Source: an uncultured Bacillales bacterium
GTDB taxonomy: Bacteria > Bacillota > Bacilli > Bacillales > CAVSKA01
DNA: 64,000 nt
Assembly: GCA_963728315.1 (NCBI GenBank)
Contig: CAVSKA010000017.1
Location: forward strand, 76,127-140,126
Reading direction: 5' to 3'
Part shown: positions 1 through 10,971 of the stretch, one piece after another
Numbering within the stretch: the first letter of the stretch is position 1
Layout: the number at the start of each line of letters is the position of its first letter
Position numbers and translations under genes: made by a program
The notes under the pieces: generated by a model
What the model was told of the DNA's origin: nothing
Database searches by the model: none
What the model saw: only the letters and a program-made list of their open reading frames with translations

Positions 1-1
1 T

Positions 2-563
2 GATCGTTATCAGGAAACAGTTGCAGAAACCCCGCGTTTAGAAGGTGAAAATCCCCTGGAAGCAAGGCGCCGCGAAATGTTTTATTTAAATATGATCTGG
101 TTTATGACGACATTATTGGATCGAAAAGATCGTATGAGCATGGGGGCGAGTCTTGAAGTACGCGTTCCGTTTGCAGATCATCGAATTGTCGAGTATGCGT
201 GGAACATTCCTTGGGAGATGAAAATGTTGCACGGTCGGGAAAAAGGGATTTTACGCCAATCATTAGAAGGGATTCTTCCAAACGATATTTTATATCGTAA
301 AAAAAGTCCTTATCCAAAAACTCATCACCCAGGATACACGGACAAAGTGAATCAAATGCTTACAACGATGATTAATCGCAAATCTGCACCGATCCTTGAA
401 CTAGTCTCAAAAGAGAAAATCAAAGAATTAATTGCATACAAATGGATCTTCATTTAAAGCACCATGGTTCGGTCAGCTAATGACTGGGCCACAGCTTATT
501 GCTCATTTAGTGCAGATGAATATTTGGTTGGAAGAGTACGGGATTAATATCTTAGATTCTTAA
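2..563 (+). pseudogene. asparagine synthetase (glutamine-hydrolysing), C-terminal region; 5' end outside window; single-base frameshift near 437
   Basis: The frame from nt 2 reads ..EARRREMFYLNM..LLDRKDRMSMGASLEVRVPF..RKKSPYPKTHHP, typical of the AsnB/AsnO C-terminal domain. This frame stops at 455-457. The conserved tail TNGSSFKAPWFGQLMTGPQLIAHL..GINILDS continues in the next frame to TAA 561-563. Removing one T at about 437 restores one ORF. Confidence 0.8.
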
Positions 564-670
564 AAAGTCTTTTGTTAAAAGACTTTCTAAAATTTAGCGA
601 TTGATAATTTAATAGGTAAAAGGTTAATAAATATTAATTTTTGTGATCAGTTAACCAATTTCACAGAATG

Positions 671-1010
671 AAAAGAGGCTGGGCAGAATTAAAATACCCA
701 AGTTAAGCCTCACTTAACCTTTAATTTCATTCGATTTCGTTTCGACGGACGCTTTCCGGGGACATCAACAATTCACTTAACCTTAAGCTTAAGTGGATTT
801 CGACGTTTTCGCTATTCCCAGGAGTCGCCGTCTTACACTCCAATCGAAATCAATATTCAGTTTCATTAAAAAGATCATCATTTTGAAATTGAATCAACGA
901 AGAAAATAATAAAGTGAAAAAACCGAATGATTTAGCGAAATTCCACTTAGAATTTTGCTAGATTATTCGGTTTTTTCTTTCCCTAAAATACTTTTGTCCC
1001 ATCCTCTTTT
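671..1010 (-). mobile_element. family-A MITE-like intergenic repeat, full-length copy A1
   Basis: Imperfect terminal inverted repeats: AAAAGAGGCTGGGCAGAATTAAAATACCC at the left end, and the reverse complement of CCCTAAAATACTTTTGTCCCATCCTCTTTT at the right end. Collinear with 13697-14058 and, inverted, with 40446-40855. Internal long hairpin at 923-970 flanked by an A-run and a T-run. Confidence 0.8.
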
Positions 1011-1121
1011 TAATTTACAGAGAGTAAAAGAAGGAATCAAAAATTCATGGTCGAAATATTCACGGTATGAATAAAGGTATTTTTAAATAAATAACTAATA
1101 GATAAAATAAGGGGGAACACA

Positions 1122-1625
1122 ATGAAAATTAAACGATTACAATCACAGGATGCAGAACAATATTGGAATTTACGATTAGAAGCGCTAAAAGAAAATCCGG
1201 AAGCATTTGCTACTAGTTATGAAGAAGCGATTCAACGGAAAAATCCAGTCGAAAGAGTTTCAGGGAATCTGGAACAAGAAGAGAACTATACATTTGGTGC
1301 ATTCGATCAGGAAGAACTTGTTGGAATGGTTACTTTGATTCAAGAGCAGAATAAAAAAACGAGTCATCGAGCAACTATTTTTGCTATGTATGTAACACCT
1401 AAAATGAGAAGTGAAGGTGTTGGGAAATCTCTCCTAAATGAAGTAGTTAAACAAGCTCGAATAATTGATGGTATCGAAAAATTAAACTTATCGGTTGTCG
1501 CAAGCAATGAAAAAGCGAAACGACTTTATAGTGGAATGGGGTTTAAGGTATTTGGTTTTGAGGAAAAAGCCATGAAAGTAGAGGATACATATTACGATGA
1601 AGAACACATGGTCCTTTTTTTATAG
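1122..1625 (+). CDS. GNAT family N-acetyltransferase
   Basis: 167-aa ORF with a purine-rich RBS. Acetyl-CoA binding motif MRSEGVGKSLL (R-x-x-G-x-G). Confidence 0.85.
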   Translation: MKIKRLQSQDAEQYWNLRLEALKENPEAFATSYEEAIQRKNPVERVSGNLEQEENYTFGAFDQEELVGMVTLIQEQNKKTSHRATIFAMYVTPKMRSEGVGKSLLNEVVKQARIIDGIEKLNLSVVASNEKAKRLYSGMGFKVFGFEEKAMKVEDTYYDEEHMVLFL

Positions 1626-1676
1626 AGGACTTTCATAACAATAAATGTCCAAATTCGAAATTTAGCCCTCTACTCT

Positions 1677-2129
1677 TTAAAAAGGTTTAATGGTCATTAA
1701 AGTGATTAATAAAATAGCTGCTGCAAATAGGCTAAGATCATAAGGTTTAAGAGTCGAGTGAATAGACTTGTAACTCTCTGGCACTTCCTCTAAATCATAG
1801 GATTCCAAAATCTCGTTCATCGCTTTCAATTTTTTTGGCATTATGCCAATAACAATGACCTGAACGATCAAATAAATCAAGAGGGAAGTAATAAACCAGC
1901 TTTTTGTGAATAAATAAGAATGGATAAACCCCATTATTAGACCAGTTGCAAAGAGTGTGAGACTCCCTATTTTAGCAAACACTTCAATTTTCTTCGTCAA
2001 CAATAATGAAAAGCGTGCTTGGTCAGCATTTGTTGGTGACCGCAATACGGTCGGAATAGCAAAGCTTGCACCTAAACCAACTACTGCTGCAATGATATGA
2101 ATTAAAAGAAGGAACCCATAGAACGTCAC
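1677..2129 (-). CDS. small integral membrane protein (DUF2269-like)
   Basis: Four hydrophobic helices. A GGAGGG RBS lies 6 nt upstream of GTG at 2127-2129; the track ORF extends to 2192 without an RBS. Confidence 0.6.
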   Translation of the reverse strand: MTFYGFLLLIHIIAAVVGLGASFAIPTVLRSPTNADQARFSLLLTKKIEVFAKIGSLTLFATGLIMGFIHSYLFTKSWFITSLLIYLIVQVIVIGIMPKKLKAMNEILESYDLEEVPESYKSIHSTLKPYDLSLFAAAILLITLMTIKPF

Positions 2130-2274
2130 TTTTATCCCTCCGTTTATCGATATCGTGGTTCCGTTTATTTTATGTTCATGAATGATAAACAAGACTAAAA
2201 TAGTTATTTTTTCGAGAAACGGGTAAACACTAAAACATCATGTATTTTGACTCAATTTTTAGGAGGAGAATAAT

Positions 2275-3261
<987 letters not shown>

Positions 3262-3282
3262 AGGTGATTAAGAGAATGAATG

Positions 3283-3316
3283 GCCACAAGGAGCTCCTTT
3301 CTTTGTGGCTTTTATC
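3283..3316 (+). terminator. intrinsic terminator after the AKR gene
   Basis: GCCACAA..TTGTGGC hairpin followed by a T-rich tract. Confidence 0.7.
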
Positions 3317-3337
3317 ATTTTTGTTTTAATGTGTATG

Positions 3338-3540
3338 TAGAAGAATCAATTTCATAAATGATCATCATTTCAATGGAACCGAACGTTGATTTCGATTGGA
3401 GTGTAAGACGGCAAGCCCTAGGAAAGCGTCCGTCGAAAATGAAAATCGAATGATTAAATCATATTCAAATGAAAGGTTCGCATTTAAGATTGAGTCTTTA
3501 AATAATGAAATTGACTCAGAAAGAGTAATGATTTGTTCAG
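3338..3540 (+). repeat. family-A repeat, partial copy A2 (right half, internal deletion)
   Basis: Aligns with 40555-40800 of copy A6 (..gaatcaatttcataa..gatttcgattggagtgtaagacggc..ggaaagcgtccgtcgaaaa.gaaaatcgaatgattaaat..aaatgaaaggttcgcatttaagattgag). It lacks the left TIR and the hairpin. Confidence 0.75.
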
Positions 3541-3585
3541 GAAAAAAATGAGCCAGTCAACAAAGTGAGAAAAGGAGAGATTGCA

Positions 3586-4170
3586 ATGGCACATATTCCG
3601 CTTCCCATTGATTATTATCAACAACCTACACTAGAGTTAGCACAGTCGCTGTTAGGATGTCTACTAATAAAAGAAACGGATGAAGGAGTATCTTCTGGCT
3701 ATATAGTGGAGACGGAAGCATACATGGGTCCAAAGGATCGAGCTGCTCACAGTTTCTTGAATAGAAGAACAAAACGGACAGAAGTAATGTTTAGTGAAGC
3801 GGGAACAATTTATACATACCAAATGCATACGCATACGTTAGTGAATGTGGTGAGTGCTGAAATGGATAAACCTGAAGCGATCTTAATTCGAGCAGTCGAG
3901 CCTCATGAAGGTATGGAGTTAATGGAAGAAAGGCGTAAAGGTAGAACTGTAAGAGAATGGACAAATGGTCCAGGAAAGCTTACGAAAGCTTTAGGAATAA
4001 CGATGAATGATTATGGGGGGAAATTTACTCAGCCTCCTTTATATATTGCAAAAGGATATAAACCAGATGATATTTCAAGTGGACCTCGAATTGGAATTGA
4101 TAATACGGAAGAAGCAAGATTTTACCCTTGGAGATACTGGGTAAGCGGCAATCGATTTGTGTCTCGTTAA
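3586..4170 (+). CDS. DNA-3-methyladenine glycosylase (Mpg/AAG family)
   Basis: AAAGGAGAG RBS before ATG 3586. Motifs IVETEAYMGPKDRAAHS and GPGKLTKALGI are typical of the family. Confidence 0.85.
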   Translation: MAHIPLPIDYYQQPTLELAQSLLGCLLIKETDEGVSSGYIVETEAYMGPKDRAAHSFLNRRTKRTEVMFSEAGTIYTYQMHTHTLVNVVSAEMDKPEAILIRAVEPHEGMELMEERRKGRTVREWTNGPGKLTKALGITMNDYGGKFTQPPLYIAKGYKPDDISSGPRIGIDNTEEARFYPWRYWVSGNRFVSR

Positions 4171-4227
4171 ATGGATGAGTTGAGCTTTTCATTCAGTCAA
4201 AGCTTTCCTAGCATTTTGTGTTTTTCT

Positions 4228-4540
4228 TTATGTCTAGCTACTTGTGCTAACCCCTCTAGGTCATCCGACTATCTGCTGTGGTGGTAAAAAACTTCCTCCT
4301 CGCAGGTAGTCGGATGCTTGTCGGGGTTGAACAGCACAATTCGCATTTCTTTTTGTCTAGTTCCAGCTCCTTGTGTCCATGTGATAAAATCTGCCCGACT
4401 GACGGTGATCAAAAAGCGCTCACCTGGCCGTTCGGATTTTTCACAGGACCCAGGGCAAGTCGCTTCCACTTTTCTAGTTTCCAAGCAGATGAAAAGGGAT
4501 TTCGCGATAGATGTGTTACAATAACCGCAAAATAATAGAA
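4228..4540. repeat. GC-rich intergenic block of three degenerate ~120-bp modules
   Basis: Modules start with T-run + TCTAG(C/T)T at about 4233, 4355 and 4473. A related motif (tctagtctccaagcgcc) occurs at 10452. 15-bp inverted repeat CATCCGACTATCTGC / GCAGGTAGTCGGATG at 4262-4276 / 4302-4316. Confidence 0.55.
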
Positions 4541-4564
4541 GACGAATTTAAATGAGGTGTCGAG

Positions 4565-5293
4565 ATGAAAATTGAAGTATGGTCAGACTTTGTATGTCCA
4601 TTTTGTTATATCGGAAAACGTCGTCTAGAAGAGGCTCTAGCGACATTTGAGCACGGAGACGAAGTGGAGGTAGAATTTCATAGTTTTGAGCTAGATCCAA
4701 ACGCAAAGAAAAACGATGATAAGAGCATTCATGAACTGTTAGCTTCAAAATATGGAATGAGTGTTGAACAAGCGAAACAATCAAACGTAAATCTTGGTCA
4801 GCAAGCGAAAGAAGTAGGTCTTGATTTTCAATTTGAAACGATGAAACCAACGAATACATTCGATGCACACCGTTTGGCAAAACTTGCTAAACAACAAGGG
4901 AAAGAACTGGAATTAACAGAGAGCTTATTAAAAGCTTATTTCACAGATTCAAAGCACATTGGAGATCATGAGACTTTAACAGACCTTTCAGTCTCAGTTG
5001 GTTTAGATCGTGAAGAAGTAAATGAAGTACTTGTAAGTGACCGTTTCACAGAAGAAGTGCGTGCAGATGAAGAAGAAGCACGTCAAATTGGCGTGCAAGG
5101 TGTTCCGTTCTTTGTTTTGAATCGAAAATATGCAATTTCTGGTGCGCAGCCTTTAGAAGCATTTGTTGGAGCGCTTCAAAAAGTATGGGATGAAGAAAAC
5201 ACAGCACCTGCTTTCCAAAGCCTATCAGTGGATGACTCACAAGGAGCCGTATGTACAGATGACGGTTGTGAATTGCCGAATAATAAACAATAG
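4565..5293 (+). CDS. DsbA-family dithiol-disulfide oxidoreductase (FrnE-like)
   Basis: N-terminal DFVCPFCYIGK (CPFC active site). The length and the C-terminal GVPFFV motif fit the DsbA_FrnE family. Confidence 0.85.
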   Translation: MKIEVWSDFVCPFCYIGKRRLEEALATFEHGDEVEVEFHSFELDPNAKKNDDKSIHELLASKYGMSVEQAKQSNVNLGQQAKEVGLDFQFETMKPTNTFDAHRLAKLAKQQGKELELTESLLKAYFTDSKHIGDHETLTDLSVSVGLDREEVNEVLVSDRFTEEVRADEEEARQIGVQGVPFFVLNRKYAISGAQPLEAFVGALQKVWDEENTAPAFQSLSVDDSQGAVCTDDGCELPNNKQ

Positions 5294-5302
5294 TACACCA
5301 TG

Positions 5303-5335
5303 AGCCCTTTATCTTTAAGATAGGAGGGCTTTTGG
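5303..5335 (+). terminator. intrinsic terminator after the dsbA-like gene
   Basis: AGCCCTTTATCT..AGATAGGAGGGCT hairpin followed by TTTTGG. Confidence 0.6.
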
Positions 5336-5361
5336 TTATCAAAAAATAAGGAGTGATTTTG

Positions 5362-6396
5362 ATGACACAAAATACAATGAAAGCGATTGGATATTATCAG
5401 TCGTTACCAATAGAAGAAGCGGAAAGCTTGGTAGAGTTGACTCTCCCAAAACCAAAACCGCAAGGGAAAGATCTGTTAGTTAAAGTAGAAGCGATTTCAG
5501 TCAACCCTGTTGACGTGAAAGTGCGTGCAAGTGGTAAAGAGAAGATGAAGGAACCGAAAGTCATCGGCTACGATGTTGCGGGTATTGTAGAAGAAATAGG
5601 TGAGGATGTAACCCTATTTCAACCTGGAGACGAAGTATATTATGCTGGAAGTATTGCTCGTGCTGGTGGCAATAGCGAATATCATTTAATTGACGAACGC
5701 ATTGTTGCTAAAAAGCCAAAAACGCTCAATTTTGCAGAAGCGGCTGCTTTACCTCTTACTTCGGTTACGGCGTGGGAAGCCATGTTTGAACAATTAAATA
5801 TTTCTTTAAATAAAGAAGATAATGCCGGAAAGCATATTTTAATTATCGGTGCTGCTGGTGGAGTGGGGTCGATAGCCGTACAGCTAGCAAAACATGTTGG
5901 ATTGACAGTTATCGGAACGGCATCAAGAGAAGAAACGAAAAAGTGGGTACTTGATCATGGTGCAGATCATGTCATCAGCCATTACGACTCTTTTTCAGAT
6001 CAGTTAAAAAGCAAAAAAATACCGGAAGTCGATTACGTCTTCAGTTTAAACGCTACTGACAAGCATTGGGAGAATATGATCGAAGCAATCGCACCACTGG
6101 GCAAAATTGCTTCAATTGTTGATGGAAAAGAAGGGTTTGATTTAGGTCTACTTAAGAACAAGAGTGTTACTTTCAGTTATGAGTATATGTTCACTCGTTC
6201 TTTGTATCAAACGAAAGATATGATCGAACAGCATATTATTTTAGAAAAAATGAGTCATCTAATAGACGAAGGAAAGATTCAAACAACATTAAATGAACTC
6301 ATAACAGGAATTAATGCAACTAATTTAAAAGATGCTCATAGAAAAGTGGAGAGTGGAAAAACGATTGGCAAAATTGTGTTAGAAAAATGGTCTTGA
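5362..6396 (+). CDS. zinc-type alcohol dehydrogenase / quinone oxidoreductase family protein (MDR superfamily)
   Basis: AGGAG RBS 8 nt before ATG 5362. Nucleotide-binding GAAGGVGS motif and an MDR-like N-terminal GroES-fold region. Confidence 0.85.
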   Translation: MTQNTMKAIGYYQSLPIEEAESLVELTLPKPKPQGKDLLVKVEAISVNPVDVKVRASGKEKMKEPKVIGYDVAGIVEEIGEDVTLFQPGDEVYYAGSIARAGGNSEYHLIDERIVAKKPKTLNFAEAAALPLTSVTAWEAMFEQLNISLNKEDNAGKHILIIGAAGGVGSIAVQLAKHVGLTVIGTASREETKKWVLDHGADHVISHYDSFSDQLKSKKIPEVDYVFSLNATDKHWENMIEAIAPLGKIASIVDGKEGFDLGLLKNKSVTFSYEYMFTRSLYQTKDMIEQHIILEKMSHLIDEGKIQTTLNELITGINATNLKDAHRKVESGKTIGKIVLEKWS

Positions 6397-6480
6397 ACTT
6401 CCTATTCTAAAGAAACTTTAATAGTAAGGAGAGACTAGAGTGATAGAGGCCACTAAAAAGGTCTATTCAACATTTCTTAA

Positions 6481-6520
6481 AAAGTACTTGAACGATAAGT
6501 CGTTCAAGTACTTTTTTTTG
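6481..6520 (+). terminator. intrinsic terminator
   Basis: Perfect hairpin AAAGTACTTGAACGA-TAAG-TCGTTCAAGTACTTT followed by a T-run. Confidence 0.85.
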
Positions 6521-6524
6521 GAAT

Positions 6525-7242
6525 GGCTATGTTAGCGGATGTTGTTGATAGGAAGCAAAAACAATGAGACTCCTGTGGAAAAACGAGCGAGTCGAGACCC
6601 CGCAGTGTGGTTTTTGAGGCCACTGAAAAAGGCTCTCAATTTTAAAAAAGTTGAAACCCCTATCTTCATTTTGAAGGTTTCTGTTTTTTTATTTTTCATT
6701 AGGCAGTCTTCTTAGACAAGGTTGAGGTTTAACAGGAGGTGATTGATTTTCACTTCAGAATGCTTGTTTTCAATGGTGCGGGCACTAAGCATCTTCATCG
6801 TCTTTTCCTACCATCCAATAATTGTTTAAAATAAACGGTTCTCTACTAAAGGACTTTAGAAACGATTTTTGTCTTCATCTTTAAAGAGAAGTTGGATAAG
6901 ACCGTTCTTTTTAATTCGTTACTGAATGGTAGTGGAAGGCAGCGACTCCTGCGGGAACAGCACGAGCAGAAAGCCCCGCAAAGAAAGGATCACAGTCTAA
7001 GAGCGCAACATCCTGTTGCAACGACTGCGCTAAAACTTCCTGTTTGACGGAGGAGATTGAAGCCGTGCCCGCGGAACGAGTCTGCCTGGAATGGAAATCA
7101 ATGTCTTATAATCGAATTAACGTTCCAAGAGAACTTTTTCAGTGCCCTCGTGGTTTTTCACGGGGAGGCTCGACCGTTCGTCCGCGGAAAGCGAGTTGTT
7201 TTGCTGAATGTAGAAAAATCAACATGATCATTTAACAAAGCC
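6525..7242 (+). mobile_element. family-B MITE-like element, long composite copy B1
   Basis: Ends are GGCTATGTTAGCGGATGTTGTTGAT.. and ..ATCAACATGATCATTTAACAAAGCC, which are inverted repeats; each arm is about 90 bp. Flanked by TTTGGAAT (6517-6524) and TTTGGAAA (7243-7250). The interior holds GC-rich modules shared with other copies. Confidence 0.85.
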
Positions 7243-7454
7243 TTTGGAAAAAAGGGAAGGAATCATACGATGTCGAATAATAGAATAATCAAAACACAAC
7301 CTTTTTCACGGGAAATAAAGTTGAATTCTATTTATGAAATTCTAAGGGGAACTGAGAAACCTTAAGATTCTCTTTTCTTTATAGATGGAGGCGAGAAAAT
7401 AGAAGAAAGATATTCAAAATTGTCTAGGATTAGAATGATGTGGAAGGGGAATTG

Positions 7455-7805
7455 ATGATGTTTTATAGAAGGAAGTTTTATATTGTTAAAAACGAGTTTG
7501 TAGAAATTTTCAATGCCCATTTTAATAACACCAATTTACCTAACCAACTTAAATACGGTTCGCATTTAATCGGTCGCTGGATGAAGAAAAATGATGATGA
7601 TACTGTTGAGATTTTTGCTATTTGGGAATATGAAAGTTACGACGAGTATGTAAAAATTGAAACCAAAATCAGAAGTGATGAGATACATATTCAACGAATT
7701 AAGGATTGGTATGAAAAAAATGGAGGTAAAGAACATATCTCAAAGGAATACATATTAGAAGTAAGAAACGAATTTTTAGAGTCAACTGTCGAAAGAAATG
7801 AATAG
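7455..7805 (+). CDS. NIPSNAP-family protein (small alpha/beta dimeric fold)
   Basis: About 116-aa ORF. The pattern ..GSHLIGRWM..VEIFAIWEYESYDEY.. resembles NIPSNAP proteins. Start choice (ATG 7455 or 7458) is uncertain. Confidence 0.5.
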   Translation: MMFYRRKFYIVKNEFVEIFNAHFNNTNLPNQLKYGSHLIGRWMKKNDDDTVEIFAIWEYESYDEYVKIETKIRSDEIHIQRIKDWYEKNGGKEHISKEYILEVRNEFLESTVERNE

Positions 7806-8011
7806 CAGGTAATTCTACGTTTCCCAATAAAAAGTGGAGTTAATGAAATCGAGTTAAGTTGTTGGTCATTCGTTTAAGCAATGCGTTATTACACGATGAG
7901 TTCCTTACTAAATAAAAAAAGGCGAGTAGTTAAAATCTATGTATTTAATGCAGAAAGAGGATTTTTACTTAATTTCGAGAAACTATGAATCATACACCAA
8001 GGAGGAATTTG

Positions 8012-8838
8012 ATGAATTTAATGATGTTTGATCAATGGAAGTCATTTAAGGATTTTGCCCGACCGTTACTTGAAATAAATGAAGTCTCTAATAACCTACC
8101 TTTAGGGATTCTATTAAATAATAAAGAAGAGGACCAGCCGATCATGATGGGAGCCATTATAAAGGAAGGTACTGTCTTGTTTTTATTTTTGCAAACGATC
8201 CCTCAACAAGTTATTTTTTCTAAATTAATGGATGTTACTGATGTAGAGCTTAAAGAAGTTGCTCAAATTTTACTAAGCGAAAAGGTATTGATCCCAGGAA
8301 TAGTAGGAGAAAGAGAATCAACTTTATCGATTGCAAAGGAACTCGGTAAAACAATTAATCAATCGATGAATCAAAGACTTTACAAGTTAGAAAAGGTAAA
8401 AAAAAGACCAAGTGAAAAAGGATATTTACGACGAGTGGAAAGAGAGGAAAAGGTGCTTGTAAAAGAATGGGTTTTTCAATTCTGTCTAGATATTCATGAT
8501 CCAATCTCAAAAGAGGAAGCAGAAGAGAAGGCTATTAAACATGATCGATAGAGGGAACCTTTACGGCTGGGAAATAGAAGGTACACTTGTTTCGATGGCA
8601 AATGCGGCAAGACCAACTAAAACAAATGCAACAATCAATTCCGTCTTCACTCCTTTAAACTAAGCGCAGAAAAGGGTACGCTTCTGATTGTGTTTCTGCT
8701 TTAACACAGCATTTACTTGACCATGGTTACGCATCAACAAGTTTATATACAGATCTTGACAATCCTACATCCAACAAAATTTACATGGAGATCGGCTATG
8801 AGCCAATAGAAGATTGGATTTCTGTTCGATTTGTTTAA
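8012..8838 (+). pseudogene. GNAT-family acetyltransferase, two frameshifts
   Basis: AAGGAGG RBS before ATG 8012. The reading frame changes at about 8540 (..EEKAIK then MIDRGNLYGWEIEGTLVSMANAARP..) and at about 8660 (..INSVFTPLN then RRKGYASDCVSALTQHLLDHGY..EDWISVRFV, stop 8836-8838). RRKGYAS is the GNAT R-x-x-G-x-A motif. Confidence 0.8.
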
Positions 8839-8868
8839 ATCTAAATGGTTATGAAAGGACTGAACACC

Positions 8869-9954
8869 ATGTGGAAGCACAATCAATTTGTCCAAAAACT
8901 AGGAATAGAACATCCAATCATACAAGCTGGAATGGCCGGAGGAGTAACGACACCAGAGCTCGTAGCAGCTGTTTCGAATGCTGGTGCTCTTGGAACACTG
9001 GGCGCGGGCTATATGACGATTGAACAAATGAATGAACATCTTCTTGCTATAAAAAATTTAACATCAGGTCATTTTGGTGTAAACCTGTTTGTGCCGGAAG
9101 ATACCCATGTAACGAATGAAGAACTTAATATAGCGAACGATCTTCTTGAACCATTTAGAAAAGAATTAGGTATTGCTCCTTCTTCAAATATAAAAGTCAG
9201 TGACCATCGATTATTTGAACAGCAAATTGATCTCCTGTTAGAACATAAAGTTTCTGTGTGTAGTTTTACATTTGGCATACCTACTGAAGAAATCATTCAT
9301 CGGTTAAAACGAGCGGGGATAATTGTCATTGGTACAGCAACAACCGTTGAAGAAGCGTTGATCAACGAAAAGGTTGGAATGGATGCGATTGTAGTTCAGG
9401 GAAGTGAAGCAGGCGGTCATCGTGGAGCATTTAATGATTCAAGTGAAACTCCAATGATCGGTACGATGTCGCTCATTCCACAAGTTGTTGATCAAGTGAA
9501 GATCCCTGTCATTGCTGCTGGTGGAATAGGGGATGGAAGAGGAGTATTAGCTGCTCTAATTTTAGGAGCGCAAGCCGTTCAAATGGGTACTGCTTTTGTT
9601 ACATGTGTAGAAAGTGGTGCTCATCCTCTTCATAAGGAAGCGATACTTAACAGTAGAGGAAATGACACGGTCCTGACTTCTGTTTTTAGCGGGAAATCAG
9701 CCAGAGGAATAAAGAATGAATTCATTGAGAAAATGGAAAGTCATATTGATTGTATTCCTAACTATCCCATTCAGAATGCTTTAACTAGTCCCATTCGAAA
9801 AGAAGCGGCTAAGCAAGGACGTTCAGAGTGGATGTCTCTTTGGGCAGGACAGAGTTGTCAATTGAGTCGAGAAGAAACTGTAAAAGAGCTGATTACGCAC
9901 ATCATTTCGGAAATCGATGACATCTTGGAAACAATAAAAATAAGTCAGTCATGA
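8869..9954 (+). CDS. NAD(P)H-dependent flavin oxidoreductase / nitronate monooxygenase family
   Basis: Motifs PIIQAGMAGG, VVQGSEAGGHRG, IPVIAAGGIGDGRG are typical of NMO/FabK-like FMN enzymes. The track ORF starts at 8845; ATG 8869 is favoured. Confidence 0.85.
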   Translation: MWKHNQFVQKLGIEHPIIQAGMAGGVTTPELVAAVSNAGALGTLGAGYMTIEQMNEHLLAIKNLTSGHFGVNLFVPEDTHVTNEELNIANDLLEPFRKELGIAPSSNIKVSDHRLFEQQIDLLLEHKVSVCSFTFGIPTEEIIHRLKRAGIIVIGTATTVEEALINEKVGMDAIVVQGSEAGGHRGAFNDSSETPMIGTMSLIPQVVDQVKIPVIAAGGIGDGRGVLAALILGAQAVQMGTAFVTCVESGAHPLHKEAILNSRGNDTVLTSVFSGKSARGIKNEFIEKMESHIDCIPNYPIQNALTSPIRKEAAKQGRSEWMSLWAGQSCQLSREETVKELITHIISEIDDILETIKISQS

Positions 9955-10057
9955 AGACAATTCGTGTTATTAATTGAAATTTCCACCAGTATTTCCTTTC
10001 TTTTTGAATGCCTAAATGGAAAAAAAGAGGCAATTCATCAATAAAGGAGACGTATTA

Positions 10058-10432
10058 GTGCAAATAAACGTAGGTGATGCTTTGTCTTGGAGCAGGACGT
10101 TTACAGAGAAAGAAATATTAGATTTTGCCGATTTATCTGGTGACAATGGAGCACATCATATACAATGATGAAGAAGGTCGATTAATGGTTCATGGCATAT
10201 TAACGGCAAGCATTGGTACAAAAATTGGTGGAGATCTTAATTTTATTGCGCGGGAAATGACGAATGAATTTCTCCGACCCGTATTCTCTGGAGATACAAT
10301 TACGTGTGATCTTACAATAAAGAAATCCTACCATTAGAAAGATACGAAAAAGTCGCACTTATTTTCACTTATCGAAATCAAGATGAAAAGGAAGTATTAA
10401 GAGGGACAAGCAGTGGCGTCAGAAAGAAATAA
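10058..10432 (+). pseudogene. MaoC-like (hotdog fold) dehydratase, two frameshifts
   Basis: GTG 10058 follows an AAAGGAGA RBS. ..FADLSGDNGAHH runs into TGA TGA. It continues in another frame as YNDEEGRLMVHGILTASIGTKIGG..GDTITCDLTIKK, then shifts again into ERYEKVALIFTYRNQDEKEVLRGTSSGVRKK (stop 10430-10432). Confidence 0.75.
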
Positions 10433-10444
10433 TGTTAACCCGTT

Positions 10445-10815
10445 ATTTGGATCTAGTCTCCAAGCGCCAACTGATCGAGTTGATTTTCGTTGCAGGCAAT
10501 CTTGGCGCATGCGAGCCACCTAAACGCTTGCGTTGAGGAGGTTGAAAAAGTTCACCTTTTAAAAATGAAAATCTTTAAATGAAAAAGGAGCACTCAAATT
10601 CGTTTCTAAAACCCGTATTTTAGACTGGGTGATATTATTAGAACAAAAAAGAAACAGCTTTTTCACAAGTTAAGACGTTTTCAGCGGTTTTTGTGAGCCT
10701 ACACAGGAGCTTGCGACGGGAAGGCTCAAAGATACCTGCAACAAGCGTATGCATCGAACCAAAACTACAAAACGATTTTTGTCTTCATCTCTAAAGCGAA
10801 GTTGGATAAGATGGT
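10445..10815. repeat. degenerate composite repeat (family-B internal modules)
   Basis: Shares ..aaatgaaaaaggagcactcaaa.. and ..aaaacgatttttgtcttcatct.taaag.gaagttggataaga..gttcttttt with the interiors of copies at 6525-7242, 44746-45311 and 51705-52174. Confidence 0.65.
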
Positions 10816-10971
10816 TCTTTTTTTCTCTTCCTTTTTTGTAGTTGCATATGCATATTGCGTTTTTATTGTATAAATATTCCTTGTATGGTAATATTCTAAA
10901 GATTTATCTAAGTTAGAAACCATCTTTTCGTCTTTAGATTGAATGGTGTTCGTACAAAGGGAGGAATGAAA

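Noticed and set aside
7044-7235. ORFs inside the repeat elements: 7044..7235, 44739..45158, 44852..45115, 45122..45304, 49087..49284, 51710..51919, 59956..60138, and 4269..4535 on both strands. Their peptide strings recur (..EIEAVPAE.VCLE.KS.., ..RPRKASCFAEC..).
   Set aside because: They lie wholly within non-coding repeat modules and lack an RBS. They are open on both strands because of local GC richness. Their apparent conservation simply reflects DNA repeat identity. They are likely annotation artefacts.
6525-7242. Whether the recurrent GC-rich modules could be a degenerate CRISPR array.
   Set aside because: There is no constant-length direct repeat alternating with unique spacers. Modules are dispersed and inverted, lie inside terminal-inverted-repeat elements, and there are no cas genes.
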